64,000 nucleotides of DNA, from positions 1-64,000 of the IMG/VR virus record IMGVR_UViG_2623620552_000001. One strand, written 5' to 3'. The translations under genes and the position numbers were made by a program. This document shows, piece after piece, positions 28,401 through 38,736 of the stretch; positions within the stretch are counted from its first letter, which is position 1, and each line of letters begins with the position of its first letter. The notes beneath the pieces are model-generated. The model saw only the letters and a program-made list of their open reading frames with translations. It was not told where the DNA came from and did no database searches. The DNA comes from a virus (Duplodnaviria > Caudoviricetes).

Positions 28401-30970
28401 AAGGTAGCCTTCTTCCTGACGTGCAGGTTATCGACGGTCAAAGCACTTGAACCCGTGCCGTCATCCGAGGTAAGACGGAATCCTGTGTCTGCGATGCCGT
28501 CACCCGTATAGTTGGAAGAACGGACGGTATTCATGATACCCTCTGCCGCCCTTAGTTCATCCTTTAATGTCAGGGAGTTCAAAGAGCCGTTGCCATCGGC
28601 ATCGAAACCGAACAACCCCTTTGTCTTTATCCATAGTCCTTTGAGGAAACCTATCTCTCCTTGTGCGGTATCATTATCCGTCTTTGAGAGGAAACGGGTG
28701 TTTACATAGTCCTTTACGATATTCAGCACACCGCTTTCAGACATACCGCCACCTGTTCCGCTGCCACCACCAGAGATAAGCGTCTGCACCTGCTCTTTGA
28801 GTTGTGTCTGTGAGCCTTTGATGACCTCATTGCCTATCGTTATCTCCTGCTCGAAGTCATAGTCCATCTTAGTGACTATCTTCATTACACGGGTCAGCAA
28901 CGGGTTCTCAGCGGTGTAGTTCACATTATCCGCATACCTTACCTGCTGTCCTATAAAGAGGTGTGAGTCACGTTCTCCTTGCTGCTCGTCCTCCCTGAAC
29001 ATCTCCTCAAAGGCTATGGGGTCGGACTTGAAAGTATATGAGTTGTTGTCGGTGAATAGGTTGTCGATATATTTCTCCGTCTCGCTCTCCAACTCCTTCT
29101 GCGCAGCCGTTTCAAAAGGCTTGTCGGCAGTGGTGTCCATGACAATGTTATAGAGGTTGACGATATTTCCTAACAGTGAAGGCTCGTTAAGTCCTTTCGG
29201 GATGATGCCCTGTGACTTGGTGGTAGGCAGTATGTAGTCGTTCTGCTCTTGGAAGACTATCTCATAGTAGTTCTCATCTACGGTGCTGCTTGCTCCTGTC
29301 AGCGCATCAACGATACCCGTATCTCCTTCTTCCGTCGGTGGAGTGTTGGCAACGGATATATAGTTCTCGCCCTCAATACCTAATGCTATCAGTCCAAAGC
29401 CATAGTTGCCATTATCCCCATCGCCACGTCCGGCGAGCGGTGATGTCTCGGCATTCGGTGTGGTGTTTGCCTTGAACTGCCCATAGAGGGATTTTCCGTC
29501 TATTATCTGCGAATACTCCACAGGGAAACGTGACTTGTCAACACCTGCGGCAAAGGCGATCTTCTTACCTTCAAAGATAGCATTCTGGAAAGCGGTAAGG
29601 TTGGCAAGGCTTGGCTCATCACGGTCATCTTCCGGTGTGTCGCCCGTATACTCAGCATAGAAACGGCACTCCCCTTGGTTGAGATAAGACCCGTTGATAT
29701 AACCTTTTATCGTGATGTTGTCTGCCGTGAGGCTCACGATATATGTTCCACCATAGGACTTTGACTCATTTGTGAACAACGATGCGGTGGCATCTATGTC
29801 CAGGGTCATTTCGATATTATGATATGCCGTGCTGTTGATAAGGATTTTCTTGATGATGACACTCATGTCCCTTACCTCCGTAATGTCGTAGTCGTGCCAT
29901 TCCGTTACCTCTCCCTCTGCGTTCTTCTCTGGATAAGCAAGACGCATATACCAAACGGCATAACGCTTGTATACGGGGTTATTGTCTGCATCGTAATGGT
30001 CGATAACCTTCTCGTTATTGTCATCAAGGCGGTATCTCTCCCTATACTTTATATTATAAGCATAGAGGTCAAGGTGTGGATACACATTCTCAAAGATAAG
30101 GCTCTTGACATAAGGCTTCATGCCGAGCAAGTCGAAATGCTCTTTGTCGTAGGTTATTATCTTACCCTCACTGTCCCGCTCTCCTAATGAATATATAATA
30201 CCATCGGAGTAGTCGTTTCTGTTCAGCGACAGGCGGACGTTAGCCTGTACATACTCTCCGCTTGCTGCCCGACGTGTGATGTTACGTGAAGAACCCTGTG
30301 CCTCGAAAGCGTTCCAGTAGCCATCTTTGGTGTTTCGTACCGATGGGATGCCGATATTCTTATCAACCTCAAGAAGTAAAGGTTCTTCGCCTTTGCTGAA
30401 CATGATATGGCCGAAATACAGGGTCTTGCGTTCCCAATCTATGTGCCACTCGCATTTCAATAGGTTGGCAACGTTCGATAGTGCCGAAAGGATATCCACG
30501 GTGGAGAATGTCGTATTTACCACGTTGTCAATCTCTCCGATGACCTGATAGCCGAAAGCCTGCTTACCCTCTAAGTGGTAGACAGCATTCATCTGGTCGC
30601 AGAAATACCCTAATAGCGTTTGTATATCACCAGTATACGGCCAGTCCAAAAGGTTTATGTCGTTAGCATCTGAATCTTTTGTGGGACGGGAGAACGTTAC
30701 CTTTCCAAGATACATCTTAGGATGCTGGAAATGCGGCTCATAATGGAATTGTGCCCCGCTTTTCTGCTCTGGTTTATACGGCTCTAAGAGAGAGTAATGT
30801 AACCCGTCCTTGAAAGGTATGATATACGCATCTACGGGGATAACATCACATACCGCATCATCCCATGACAGTTTCACGAAGTCGGACTTCATCAGTTCCT
30901 CTTCGTGCTCTGCTGCTTTCGTGAGAATCACATCATGCAATCTATTCCCGTCTGCGTCGTATAATACCAT
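25406..30970 (-). CDS. Large tail-tip/central fibre (Tal/host-specificity) protein
   Basis: 1854 aa after the distal tail gene; N-terminal baseplate-hub-like region, Ala-rich coil and variable C-terminus. Confidence 0.8.
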   Translation of the reverse strand: MVLYDADGNRLHDVILTKAAEHEEELMKSDFVKLSWDDAVCDVIPVDAYIIPFKDGLHYSLLEPYKPEQKSGAQFHYEPHFQHPKMYLGKVTFSRPTKDSDANDINLLDWPYTGDIQTLLGYFCDQMNAVYHLEGKQAFGYQVIGEIDNVVNTTFSTVDILSALSNVANLLKCEWHIDWERKTLYFGHIMFSKGEEPLLLEVDKNIGIPSVRNTKDGYWNAFEAQGSSRNITRRAASGEYVQANVRLSLNRNDYSDGIIYSLGERDSEGKIITYDKEHFDLLGMKPYVKSLIFENVYPHLDLYAYNIKYRERYRLDDNNEKVIDHYDADNNPVYKRYAVWYMRLAYPEKNAEGEVTEWHDYDITEVRDMSVIIKKILINSTAYHNIEMTLDIDATASLFTNESKSYGGTYIVSLTADNITIKGYINGSYLNQGECRFYAEYTGDTPEDDRDEPSLANLTAFQNAIFEGKKIAFAAGVDKSRFPVEYSQIIDGKSLYGQFKANTTPNAETSPLAGRGDGDNGNYGFGLIALGIEGENYISVANTPPTEEGDTGIVDALTGASSTVDENYYEIVFQEQNDYILPTTKSQGIIPKGLNEPSLLGNIVNLYNIVMDTTADKPFETAAQKELESETEKYIDNLFTDNNSYTFKSDPIAFEEMFREDEQQGERDSHLFIGQQVRYADNVNYTAENPLLTRVMKIVTKMDYDFEQEITIGNEVIKGSQTQLKEQVQTLISGGGSGTGGGMSESGVLNIVKDYVNTRFLSKTDNDTAQGEIGFLKGLWIKTKGLFGFDADGNGSLNSLTLKDELRAAEGIMNTVRSSNYTGDGIADTGFRLTSDDGTGSSALTVDNLHVRKKATFEELEVKKETAIAGNQVYSSAANIIVKTDFINESGEVVGYVYRQVPWLLKKMPFLLKGVFFGRNRKTKKTITSEELKDVKAFRLYFLAEDDDREIDNMWAIGDLARCQTINMKSSKRNTYVEGSSKIGNVYWWRKVIRVSSNTEEPSENPDTTHCQPALIDGKVYHWFDVSNVDGGYDEGSDIPAAGDHVVQFGNDRTTNRQNIITLDVSNADSPALKFYHDINDFSLANKRIIGLLYNPNTGVPIIEDYGDAFIGARDNSTYIKYDSLNKLLEVKARISAQSTIGNQALDTYINNLITAITDDIELQLDKKAETWYQNADPSSAWNTDELKAEHVGDLWYKTGNGTTWYYKDKGQGASPRYDWEQQNIPQSVFDTIDGKSNIYVNWGAWGNNLHVRDLFIPNDNTTQSGVVYKKGKVYRCTNVSPVTFEEIDYTDDSALNDFKANQYVQALTGGQISQGISNAAGAAATAQSAAETAQSAANEAATAASNAANAASAAQTSANTANNRLNNWASDGKISPQEKTSLKQQKNDIVQEYSQICSEADKYSVSKTAFVTAYGNAITAFDKYTASSPEDITIESDYENISAYYTARTTIMNAIATAAKKVADDAQAAADDAYSLAKGAKNKVDLLDTIKDALNGATLIDGGLLLTSLIALRHYKGTGDKEDVENYNTYGGMNGIYLNDSTIAAWFGGSMEDRYNSSTQTYDTTNSGKATSLFRMDGSGYFARGNFNWDNAGNVNVKNGYFEGKVTSIAEGKGRWEIAPSAYHTATTSIAIPTITGYDKDGRSKIKILFDGDSGDGIDISYGGGLFFVKQESGIDKVDGGYFRNYWRTQSSENSSFIDAFYNSFYPIIESQYPKDNNTRYTLKVGSDDSGACLYSNSWPTRNEAYPEGRVYVDDWGYLKVLDTKNYDRINIRTKSFTLPKDPPVGTIFIIKNMSDSMILKASSNAYVLNGSDDVALIEPGEAYTWNDRTSALLFYLGDIPTYGKCWSMIYSN

Positions 30971-30974
30971 TTTC

Positions 30975-31421
30975 TTATAATGTTATCCTATCTTTCGGAT
31001 TCGGTTCCGTTAAACTGAGTGTAAAGGTAGCCTTTTTATTTCTATACTCTTGCTTTGGTTGGATGTCTTTATAAACAAGTTTGAAGATGCGGTATTTTGA
31101 AGGTATCTTTAAGTAAAACATTCCATTCGATAACTTATCAATGAATGCTTCTAAGTTATCAACAAAATCTCTCTCTGTATCCGCTTCAAAAAGGACTTCT
31201 AATGATACTGTATTCTCTGCGAGTTTAGAGTACTCTGCTTTTGCAAGGTATCTTGTTCCATGTTCTAAGCGGCTTGTATTTGTAACATACTCTTTTGCTT
31301 TTCCGTTGCAAAGCAACTTGTAATAACCGCCTTTAATAAATGATACGCCATATTGCTCAAAGATGTCGATGTAAGCGGAATCGTCCTCTGTTGGCAGTTT
31401 AATAAATGCACTATTCTTCAT
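30975..31421 (-). CDS. Distal tail protein-like
   Basis: 148 aa between tape measure and Tal; C-terminal FTLSLTEPNPKDR. Confidence 0.65.
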   Translation of the reverse strand: MKNSAFIKLPTEDDSAYIDIFEQYGVSFIKGGYYKLLCNGKAKEYVTNTSRLEHGTRYLAKAEYSKLAENTVSLEVLFEADTERDFVDNLEAFIDKLSNGMFYLKIPSKYRIFKLVYKDIQPKQEYRNKKATFTLSLTEPNPKDRITL

Positions 31422-31433
31422 ATACGGATATTT

Positions 31434-34400
31434 TTATTGTTCGTCAATTTTCTTCCTCATTCTTACTACCTCGTCGTACATTTCGGGTAATACCCTGGTA
31501 TTCTCGCTAATTTCGGCAAGATGTGAGTTCATAAGGCCTTGCGTTTCCACCATAGACTGAACACCCTCACTGATATTTACTACTCTTGCTCTTGTTTCTC
31601 TTATATTGTCGCCTATATCTGTAAGGAGTTCGGTGTGTATCATTGTTTCCGAAAGAGTCTGCTCTAAGAGAATGGTATGATTCAGTCCGATACCAACAAG
31701 GCTGTCTGCTTGGTCGTAGGAAATGTTCTGTATAGAGTTTGCCGTAGCGGATTGTTGGCTACGAGCATTCTCAATCCTGTCTATGCCTAACTCTCTTAAC
31801 TGTTCTATTTGGCTGATACCCGAATCAATAACACTTTGGTAACCTCTGTAAAAAGCATCATTCGCCTCTTGCAAAGCCTTTTTGTCGTTGTTTGCGTTAG
31901 CAGCCGATACACTCTTATACCAAGTATCATAGAGAACCTTTAGTTGGTCTTTAAGATTCTGTGCTACAAGGTTGTTGATAAGCATCCTGTTAACCATCTT
32001 CTGCCAACTCTCTGCTATGCTGTCGGTTACATCTTCTACACCATCAGCATAGTCGTAGAGATGGTTTATCATATCGTCAAAAAGGCTATCAAATGAAGTA
32101 GTAAGCATTATCTCGGAAAGTTTCTCCGATGCTTCCTCCATCTCATCGGCGAGGTCAGCCCATGCGTTAGCAGCTTTTGAGATACGTCCTTCGTCGTCCC
32201 ATCCTGTATTAGCAATCTGAAACCATAGTTCTGCGGCTTCGGCATTTCCTTCTTCGGCAAGACGACGCAACTCTGCGAGTTTCTTCGCACCTTCATTACC
32301 CATCTTAGAAAGTTGTTCAAACAGCCCTTGCCATGCTGTACCATATTCGCCTTCTGATAAGCCAAGCAAGTTCCTTATTCGCCATACATATCCTCCTTCT
32401 CCTTCACCTCCATTCTCGTTTCTATAATACCATTCGCGATGTCGGCGACCATAATAACCCCAACCAGCTTCTTGTATCTGACGGTTATACTGTGCAGATT
32501 TATTAATGAACTTCTCTAGCAAATCCTCATACTTTGATAATGCGCTTGCACCATAACTTTCTGACATCTCGTCAGAAATACGCTTTACACTCTTGTCGAT
32601 ACTTTCAAGGATAGTGTTAGAAGCCTTAATTTCTGCGTCAACTTGCGCTCTTGTATCTTTCGAGCCAAACCATGAGTCAAAGCCACCAAATGTAACAGCG
32701 TTAAGGATATTTCCTATACCTTTCGTTAACGAGCCTGTTATCTGTCCTACAAAATCAAGCGATAGAACATTGTCTAAGATACCTGCAACGGCATTTAGAA
32801 CAGTATCTATGAGATTCGAAATAAGTGTTCCTATTCCGTCTTTTAATATATCAAGAATAGATAGGATAGCGGAGATTAGTTGTCCGATAAACCCGGCATT
32901 GCTAAGAGTGTCGGACAACTTGCTAACAGCCTTTCCTACCTCTCCACCGATATTCAGTTTAGAGAGGCCATTAAGCATATTCTGAATGCCTTGAAAAGCA
33001 CCAGAAAGCGTATTGTCGGCAAATCCTCTAAGGCCGTCGGCTACTAAGTTAAGTCCGTCAACGGTATCTTCTTCTGATTCTCTAAGGCCGTTAGCAAGGT
33101 TCTGAACCGCTGTTTGCTGAACTCTAACAGACTCGCTCGCAGCAGTGGCAACTTTTTCCGCTAAATCAAGACTTATCTTTGCATTTTCAATCTCGGCTTT
33201 ATTACCAGAATCTAATGCTTTCTTATATCTTTCTTTTGCTTTTTCAAGGTGCTCGGTAGATGTTATCTCGGCATTCTTTGCTTGTTGGAGCCTATTAATA
33301 GCAGCACCAAGACTATCCATCTGCTTCTTTATAGAAGAGAAATTCAGTGTACCTCTGCCCTCACCCGTTAGCCCTTTTAATTTTGTTATAGCATCATAGA
33401 CTACTTTTTGGTCGGCTTCATTCTTCTTTGCAAAACTCGGCTCTCTTACATATTGACGCAGTTTCTCCAAAGTGGTTCTGAGTTGGTCTCCTAAAAGGTT
33501 TGTAAACCCGCCAAGAACAGATTGCCAATCAATACTCTGTTGTAGAGCACTCATATTGACAGCATTCTTCTTGCTATTCTCCTCTGCCTTCAACCTAAGA
33601 ACCTCTCCTTTAAGACCGAGGGCTTCTGCTTTTGCAATCATCTTAGCATACTTCTCAGTAATGGCAAGTTTTTGTTGTTGGAACGTACCATACTCTATTA
33701 GGTATTCTCGCATTGATTGAATTTGCTGTTGCAATTCATTATTCTGCTGACGGGCAATAGTAAACTCCTCTAACTTCTTATATTGCTCTTTTATAGCATT
33801 AATAGCACTTTGGTCTAACTTTGTTTCATCCCATTGCTCAGGTTTGCCTCCGCGTGCTTTGATTATCTTCTCTTGTGCTTCAAACTCGGCTTTTTGACGG
33901 GCTCGCTCTGCTTCAATAGCAGCTTTTCGCTGTTCTGCTAACTGCTCTAGTTCTTTTTCAAAGGAACGATTCTTCTCAGCAAGAACCTTGTCGGCTCCGT
34001 CTTTCATTGCAGCAATACGAGCATCAGTGATTCTTTGCTCCATATCCTGCTCTGCTTTTGCTCTAGCAACGACATTCTTATGGATAATCTCTTCTAACCT
34101 TGCCTCGGATTCATCTATCTGCTGTTGCTGACGGGCATCTTTCTTCCCTGCGTTAGCCATTGCTTTGAGGTTGGACTGTTGCATACGAACAAGCATTCGT
34201 GTTGAAGCAGCCCTCTGTGCTTCTAAGGCATAAACAGCGCCTTGTGCTTCTCTTTCTTTTGCATAACTTTCGATAGACATTGTATGAAGAGCGTTACGCT
34301 CTTTTGTTATGCGGAGAAGTTCTTTCTGAGCCTTAATCTGCCCATCATACTTCTCTTTAAGCATATTCTTTACAAGTTCTATCTGAGCGTCCTTCTCCTT

Positions 34401-36491
34401 ACCTGTGAGGGTGTATATCTTTTCACGCTCTCTGGCAATATCTATTTCAAGTTGTTTTTCTTTTACCTTGGCTTCAGAAAGTGCTTTCTGTGCGTTAAGT
34501 TCTTGTTCTGCTAACTGTGCGGCTTTCTTTGCTCTGCCAAACATATCGGCACCGATAGCACCGAGGTCAGCTGACCAACCTTGACTAATACCTTCGCCTA
34601 AGAGTTTAACTGTTCCTTTTGCTGCTCCGGCAAGAGTGTCCCAACCTGATTTGAGAGTATCAACTACCGAGGTGCCTGCTTTCTTTAAATCCTCCCATCC
34701 GTTTTTTATTCCTTCTATGGCTTTCTTTGCTTCTGCGACATTCGCTCCTGACGCTATAAGGTCTATAACGCCTTTGGCAATCTGACCTACACCTGAAAGT
34801 GTCTTAGCGACGGCTTTAAGAGGATTAATGACTAAGCCTATTAATCCTTTGCCAAATTGGTTTAATGCACCTTGTGGGTCGGCGAAAGCGTGGTAAAGAT
34901 ATTTGCCTATCTTTACCGCTATATCCATAAGAGAGGAAAGCAGACTACCGAGATAGGCTGTAATCTTAGCAAACGCACGCTGACCTTCCGCATCTTTTTT
35001 AAACCACGCAAATATTGCTTGTAATGCTAATACAATAGCACTAAGGACTGCTCCGATAGGTGTCGCAGCCATCGCCCATAAGGCTTTGGTGAATGCAACG
35101 GCACCTCCAGTTGCTGCTGTAAAAGGTGCAACCAGACCGCTAAGAGCGGTTTTCATGTTACCCAATGAATCTTGGAACTTGCCATTTCTTGTGATTGCAT
35201 CTACGACACTATTCTTCCATTTTGCGAGGTAGCCACCTGCCCTACCTTCTTCCGACATCTCTTTCTTTGTGTCGGCAATCTCCTTCTTGAGATTGTTAAT
35301 CTTTTCTAGAAGTTCTTGTGCTTTCTTAGATTGTTGGTCAAACCCTTGTTTCTCGGCTAACTTGTCATACTCCTCTTGAAGGGACGCATGCTCTTTCTTA
35401 AGGTTCTGTAATCTGTTATGTAACTCGTTAACAGCATTCCATTGTTCTTTGAAAGATGACGATGCGGATTGCGAGGACTGATTTTCCTCGTTCTGAGCAG
35501 CAGACACTTGTTCCGTAGTAGACAAGAGTCTTGCTTTTGCATCCCTTAATTCATTGAGAGTGTTGCTATATAGTACGGCTTTCTGCTGTGCCTCTACATA
35601 GTCCGCTGACGTTATGTATTCATTCCACTCCTCTCGGCGCTCTCCTTTCTCACCTACGAAGTTAGTTGTCTTTGCGTTTTCGGCATTGTACAACTCCTGT
35701 ATCTTAGCAATCAACTCATCGTATTTCTGGATAGCCTTCTGAATATCTCCGTCTTTTGAGAGTTCTTGGTTTATACTCTCTATCTCCTTATGGAATGGTT
35801 GTAGTGCGTCAATAGCCTCTTTTTGGGCTGCCGTTAACTGTTTTTTGCTTTCAACGTTTTCTTTGGTGGCTTCCGTTTCTTTTGTCATTTCGGAAGCATT
35901 AGCAGCGTGCGCACCTGCTTCTACGACAGTAGCAGCAGTTACCGCACCATGAGCGACAGCATTAGCTGCCGTGCTTACGTTTGCCACACCGAGCATAGAA
36001 ACGAGTCCGTTATAACCTGCCTCCATTTGCTGAACAACAGCATACTGAGCCTGATAAGCATTGGTATTGTTATGTATCTGCTGCTCTACACCTGCAATAG
36101 AGGTTTTTAACTGATTATACTTCTCTGAGCCTATGACTGAGCCACTTAACTGAGTATTCAGCTTTGCGAGTTCTTTTTCAAGGTTTGCTGTCGCTGATTC
36201 AGTCTGTTGCATCGCTTCTTTGGCAAGACGTATTTGCTCTGGATAGTTTGCAAGTGCCGCTTTTGCTTCTTCGGTAGCCTGAGCAAACACCTCCATAGCC
36301 CGCTTTTGTTTCGTTGCGCTGTCGTCAGTAGACTGTGCTATCTCACGCATTGCATCGCTTACACGCTTGCTAAGTGCATCGGTCTTTATGCCAATCTTAT
36401 CGAGATTGTTTATCATCTCGTTTATAGAGCGGTCTATGTCTGATATATCAAGGTGTCCGCTTATACCAAGTATTTCGTCGTTTGCTGCCAT
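31434..36491 (-). CDS. Tail tape measure protein
   Basis: ~1685 aa, helical and Ala/Leu-rich with hydrophobic stretches; start placed at MAANDEIL (36491) behind a TAAATTTG at 36518-36525. Confidence 0.9.
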   Translation of the reverse strand: MAANDEILGISGHLDISDIDRSINEMINNLDKIGIKTDALSKRVSDAMREIAQSTDDSATKQKRAMEVFAQATEEAKAALANYPEQIRLAKEAMQQTESATANLEKELAKLNTQLSGSVIGSEKYNQLKTSIAGVEQQIHNNTNAYQAQYAVVQQMEAGYNGLVSMLGVANVSTAANAVAHGAVTAATVVEAGAHAANASEMTKETEATKENVESKKQLTAAQKEAIDALQPFHKEIESINQELSKDGDIQKAIQKYDELIAKIQELYNAENAKTTNFVGEKGERREEWNEYITSADYVEAQQKAVLYSNTLNELRDAKARLLSTTEQVSAAQNEENQSSQSASSSFKEQWNAVNELHNRLQNLKKEHASLQEEYDKLAEKQGFDQQSKKAQELLEKINNLKKEIADTKKEMSEEGRAGGYLAKWKNSVVDAITRNGKFQDSLGNMKTALSGLVAPFTAATGGAVAFTKALWAMAATPIGAVLSAIVLALQAIFAWFKKDAEGQRAFAKITAYLGSLLSSLMDIAVKIGKYLYHAFADPQGALNQFGKGLIGLVINPLKAVAKTLSGVGQIAKGVIDLIASGANVAEAKKAIEGIKNGWEDLKKAGTSVVDTLKSGWDTLAGAAKGTVKLLGEGISQGWSADLGAIGADMFGRAKKAAQLAEQELNAQKALSEAKVKEKQLEIDIAREREKIYTLTGKEKDAQIELVKNMLKEKYDGQIKAQKELLRITKERNALHTMSIESYAKEREAQGAVYALEAQRAASTRMLVRMQQSNLKAMANAGKKDARQQQQIDESEARLEEIIHKNVVARAKAEQDMEQRITDARIAAMKDGADKVLAEKNRSFEKELEQLAEQRKAAIEAERARQKAEFEAQEKIIKARGGKPEQWDETKLDQSAINAIKEQYKKLEEFTIARQQNNELQQQIQSMREYLIEYGTFQQQKLAITEKYAKMIAKAEALGLKGEVLRLKAEENSKKNAVNMSALQQSIDWQSVLGGFTNLLGDQLRTTLEKLRQYVREPSFAKKNEADQKVVYDAITKLKGLTGEGRGTLNFSSIKKQMDSLGAAINRLQQAKNAEITSTEHLEKAKERYKKALDSGNKAEIENAKISLDLAEKVATAASESVRVQQTAVQNLANGLRESEEDTVDGLNLVADGLRGFADNTLSGAFQGIQNMLNGLSKLNIGGEVGKAVSKLSDTLSNAGFIGQLISAILSILDILKDGIGTLISNLIDTVLNAVAGILDNVLSLDFVGQITGSLTKGIGNILNAVTFGGFDSWFGSKDTRAQVDAEIKASNTILESIDKSVKRISDEMSESYGASALSKYEDLLEKFINKSAQYNRQIQEAGWGYYGRRHREWYYRNENGGEGEGGYVWRIRNLLGLSEGEYGTAWQGLFEQLSKMGNEGAKKLAELRRLAEEGNAEAAELWFQIANTGWDDEGRISKAANAWADLADEMEEASEKLSEIMLTTSFDSLFDDMINHLYDYADGVEDVTDSIAESWQKMVNRMLINNLVAQNLKDQLKVLYDTWYKSVSAANANNDKKALQEANDAFYRGYQSVIDSGISQIEQLRELGIDRIENARSQQSATANSIQNISYDQADSLVGIGLNHTILLEQTLSETMIHTELLTDIGDNIRETRARVVNISEGVQSMVETQGLMNSHLAEISENTRVLPEMYDEVVRMRKKIDEQ

Positions 36492-36712
36492 ATTTCTATA
36501 TTTTTGCGATTTTATCGCAAATTTAAGGCTTCTCACGGCGTTTTGGAAATGTTCGAGTATAAGTATATAAACAAGTAGCAAAACGCTGTTAGATTGCGTT
36601 AAAATAAGTCTTAGGCGGTTTACTTGTTTACTTTGATAAAGTCTAATTTGACTTTATTATAGTAATATGGTGTACTTTTGTGACGTAGTGCTTTGGAGAA
36701 GTTATATGTAAA

Positions 36713-36852
36713 GTCCCCCGGCACTACAGAAAGATGCTTCACTAACTTTCAATAGAATTGCCCTCCGAGGAGGTGCCGAGGGACCGTGTATGTCCTTGCC
36801 ACTCGCCGGAAGGCAGATAATTCTATTTGTTAGTGAAGCGAGTGCAAATTTA
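36713..36852 (-). ncRNA. Structured leader RNA with alternative pairings, following a -7 promoter
   Basis: Inverted repeats 36736-46/36829-39, 36751-59/36819-27 and 36713-24/36773-84; promoter TAAATTTG 36845-36852. Confidence 0.6.
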
Positions 36853-36869
36853 CTAACTTTAAGTGATTT

Positions 36870-37109
36870 GTGCAAATGAAAAAGGTTTTATTTTTGAAAT
36901 TAAACGCTGAAATGTTAAAACTGATGTCAAAATGTGGCCTCAGAGAAGATGACTATAAGTACATAAGAGCGTTTGAAGAGTACACTTTCTTAAGGAACGA
37001 GAATCAGAAAGTCGATGTCATACTTATGGAACTTTCTAAGAAGTATAGAGTATCTGAAAGCACTCTAAAAAGGGCTTTTCGCAGGCTCTCAGGTGAGGTC
37101 AGATACTGA
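36870..37109 (+). CDS. Mor-like HTH transcription regulator
   Basis: C-terminal LSKKYRVSESTLKRAFRRL HTH; probable ATG at 36876. Confidence 0.7.
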   Translation: MQMKKVLFLKLNAEMLKLMSKCGLREDDYKYIRAFEEYTFLRNENQKVDVILMELSKKYRVSESTLKRAFRRLSGEVRY

Positions 37110-37162
37110 CCTTTGGAATATTATACTTTTGTTGTTTCTTGCCGTTATTCTGTCTAATTTTG
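37096..37162 (+). promoter_or_regulatory. Dyad AGGTCAG-ATA-CTGACCT (37096-37112) upstream of the -7 element TAATTTTG (37155-37162)
   Basis: Perfect 7-bp inverted repeat about 45 bp upstream of the promoter of the Cys-rich operon. Confidence 0.6.
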
Positions 37163-37220
37163 CCTCTGTCAAGGTATTGACACAGGTAACATTAGTATTA
37201 ACAATTTAATTTCTACAACT

Positions 37221-37778
37221 ATGGCATTAGAAATGAATGATTTGATGATGCTGCGAGGTATGGATAAGGAAGGGCTTTCTCCTTACGAGCAGTACAAGGT
37301 TGGTTTCATGCAACAGAAGAATCACACAAGTGGTATCGGAGTTGCGGGTTTAGTTCTCGGTACGGTAGGTACAGCCGCAGCCGTTGGTGCTTGGATTTTC
37401 GGTCCGATGTATGGTAATGCAAAGGCTAACCAGGCAAAAGAGGTTGCTAACTCTGCAAAGGAACTTGCCAATGTACAGATTGCTGCAAGTCAGCGTCAGC
37501 TTGACCAGTTGACAAGTCTGCTTGCATCGGAGCGTAGTGAACGTTTGCAAGGCGACTACACCATCAGCCAGACTATCACCGACACTGTTAGCGGTCAGCA
37601 GGCTTCAAACCTCACCGCACAGCAGGCCGCAGAGTTGTCTGCCGTGAACTCTGTAATGCAACAGACCTATTCCGACTTCGTGACAGGTCGTGCCTCTCTG
37701 AACCCCACTCCTGTAAGTTTGTACTCGGCTCCCCAGCCTTGTGCTTGCCCCGCAAGTGGATGCGGTTGTAACGGCTAA
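37221..37778 (+). CDS. Hypothetical protein: Gly/Ala hydrophobic segment, coiled coil, Cys-rich tail
   Basis: GIGVAGLVLGTVGTAAAVGAWIFG; ends PQPCACPASGCGCNG. Confidence 0.8.
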   Translation: MALEMNDLMMLRGMDKEGLSPYEQYKVGFMQQKNHTSGIGVAGLVLGTVGTAAAVGAWIFGPMYGNAKANQAKEVANSAKELANVQIAASQRQLDQLTSLLASERSERLQGDYTISQTITDTVSGQQASNLTAQQAAELSAVNSVMQQTYSDFVTGRASLNPTPVSLYSAPQPCACPASGCGCNG

Positions 37779-37788
37779 AAATGGCAAT

Positions 37789-37828
37789 GGGTGTACTTAG
37801 GTATTTTCAGGTACTTTTAGGTACACCC
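37789..37828 (+). terminator. Stem-loop after the first operon gene
   Basis: GGGTGTAC...GTACACCC inverted repeat with internal AGGTA repeats. Confidence 0.5.
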
Positions 37829-37856
37829 TCATTTTCAACAACTTAGAACACGGCAA

Positions 37857-38731
37857 ATGTTATGGTTTACAAACAAAAAGAAACGATTGGAGATGATGCA
37901 AGGAATAAGACCAACGAGTAAGGCAACGCTGAAATTGCAATGTTTGTTCTGTTGCAAGGGAGATATTGACGAGGCTATGAAACTCTATGACTACTTTGCT
38001 AAGGATATGCCCGAACTTCCCGACTACGACCCTGTACAGCCAACATGGATGGATAACACCAAAGAAACTGTAAATGGTCTTATGGGATGGCTTAGAGAAA
38101 ATCAAGACACTCTGGCACAAGGGTATGACTTTATTCGTGGAATAATCCAGAGCAGGCAACTGCCACCGATAACTCCCGAAACACCGTCAGCACCACTACC
38201 ACCAATCAACGAGTAATTACTAACACGGCAAGAATATGGAAGAAAAGAGATTAAGAGGTTTCCCGATAAGTTTCAATATCTATGCGGAGAGCGAGGAAGA
38301 GGTTGAAGAGGCTCGTATGGCTATTATTGCTTTCATTGGCTTACACGCTTCACAATGTAGGGCTGTCACGGCAAAGAAAGTAGCACAAGCCTTATCCAAC
38401 TGGGATAAGAACCCAATAGTAAAGAATCATATAATCAATTATTTCAAGTGATATGGAACAGACAAATCAGAATCAGTTTAAGTGTTCGGGCAACTGTCTA
38501 CAATGTTTGCCTGCACAGAGAGCGTATTGCTCCTCACAGCACGCTTACTCCAATATGAAAGTCCTTGATATGGTTGCCAAGGCGGTGCTGAGTATGCAAG
38601 GAGAGATTAGTGTTATCAAAGAGAAGATAGAGACTATACAGAATAACGAGGCTAACATCTTTGACCCTAGTATAGCGCAGAAAGGGGACGGCGCAGTAAT
38701 AGAGCCCCAAAATAATTCACTTAACATTTAA
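37857..38731 (+). CDS. Three small hypothetical genes (37857-38216, 38236-38451, 38453-38731)
   Basis: Closely spaced; CLFCC and CSGNCLQC motifs. Confidence 0.7.
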
Positions 38732-38736
38732 CTATT

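Noticed and set aside
22015-30970. Second VR in other fibre or tail genes
   Set aside because: No other match to the TR sequence or its GARL-ending peptide was seen by eye; targets outside the window cannot be excluded.
23575-36570. Many 60-170 aa ORFs antisense to or nested in tail and tape-measure genes
   Set aside because: Shadow ORFs of long coding regions, lacking motifs or start context.
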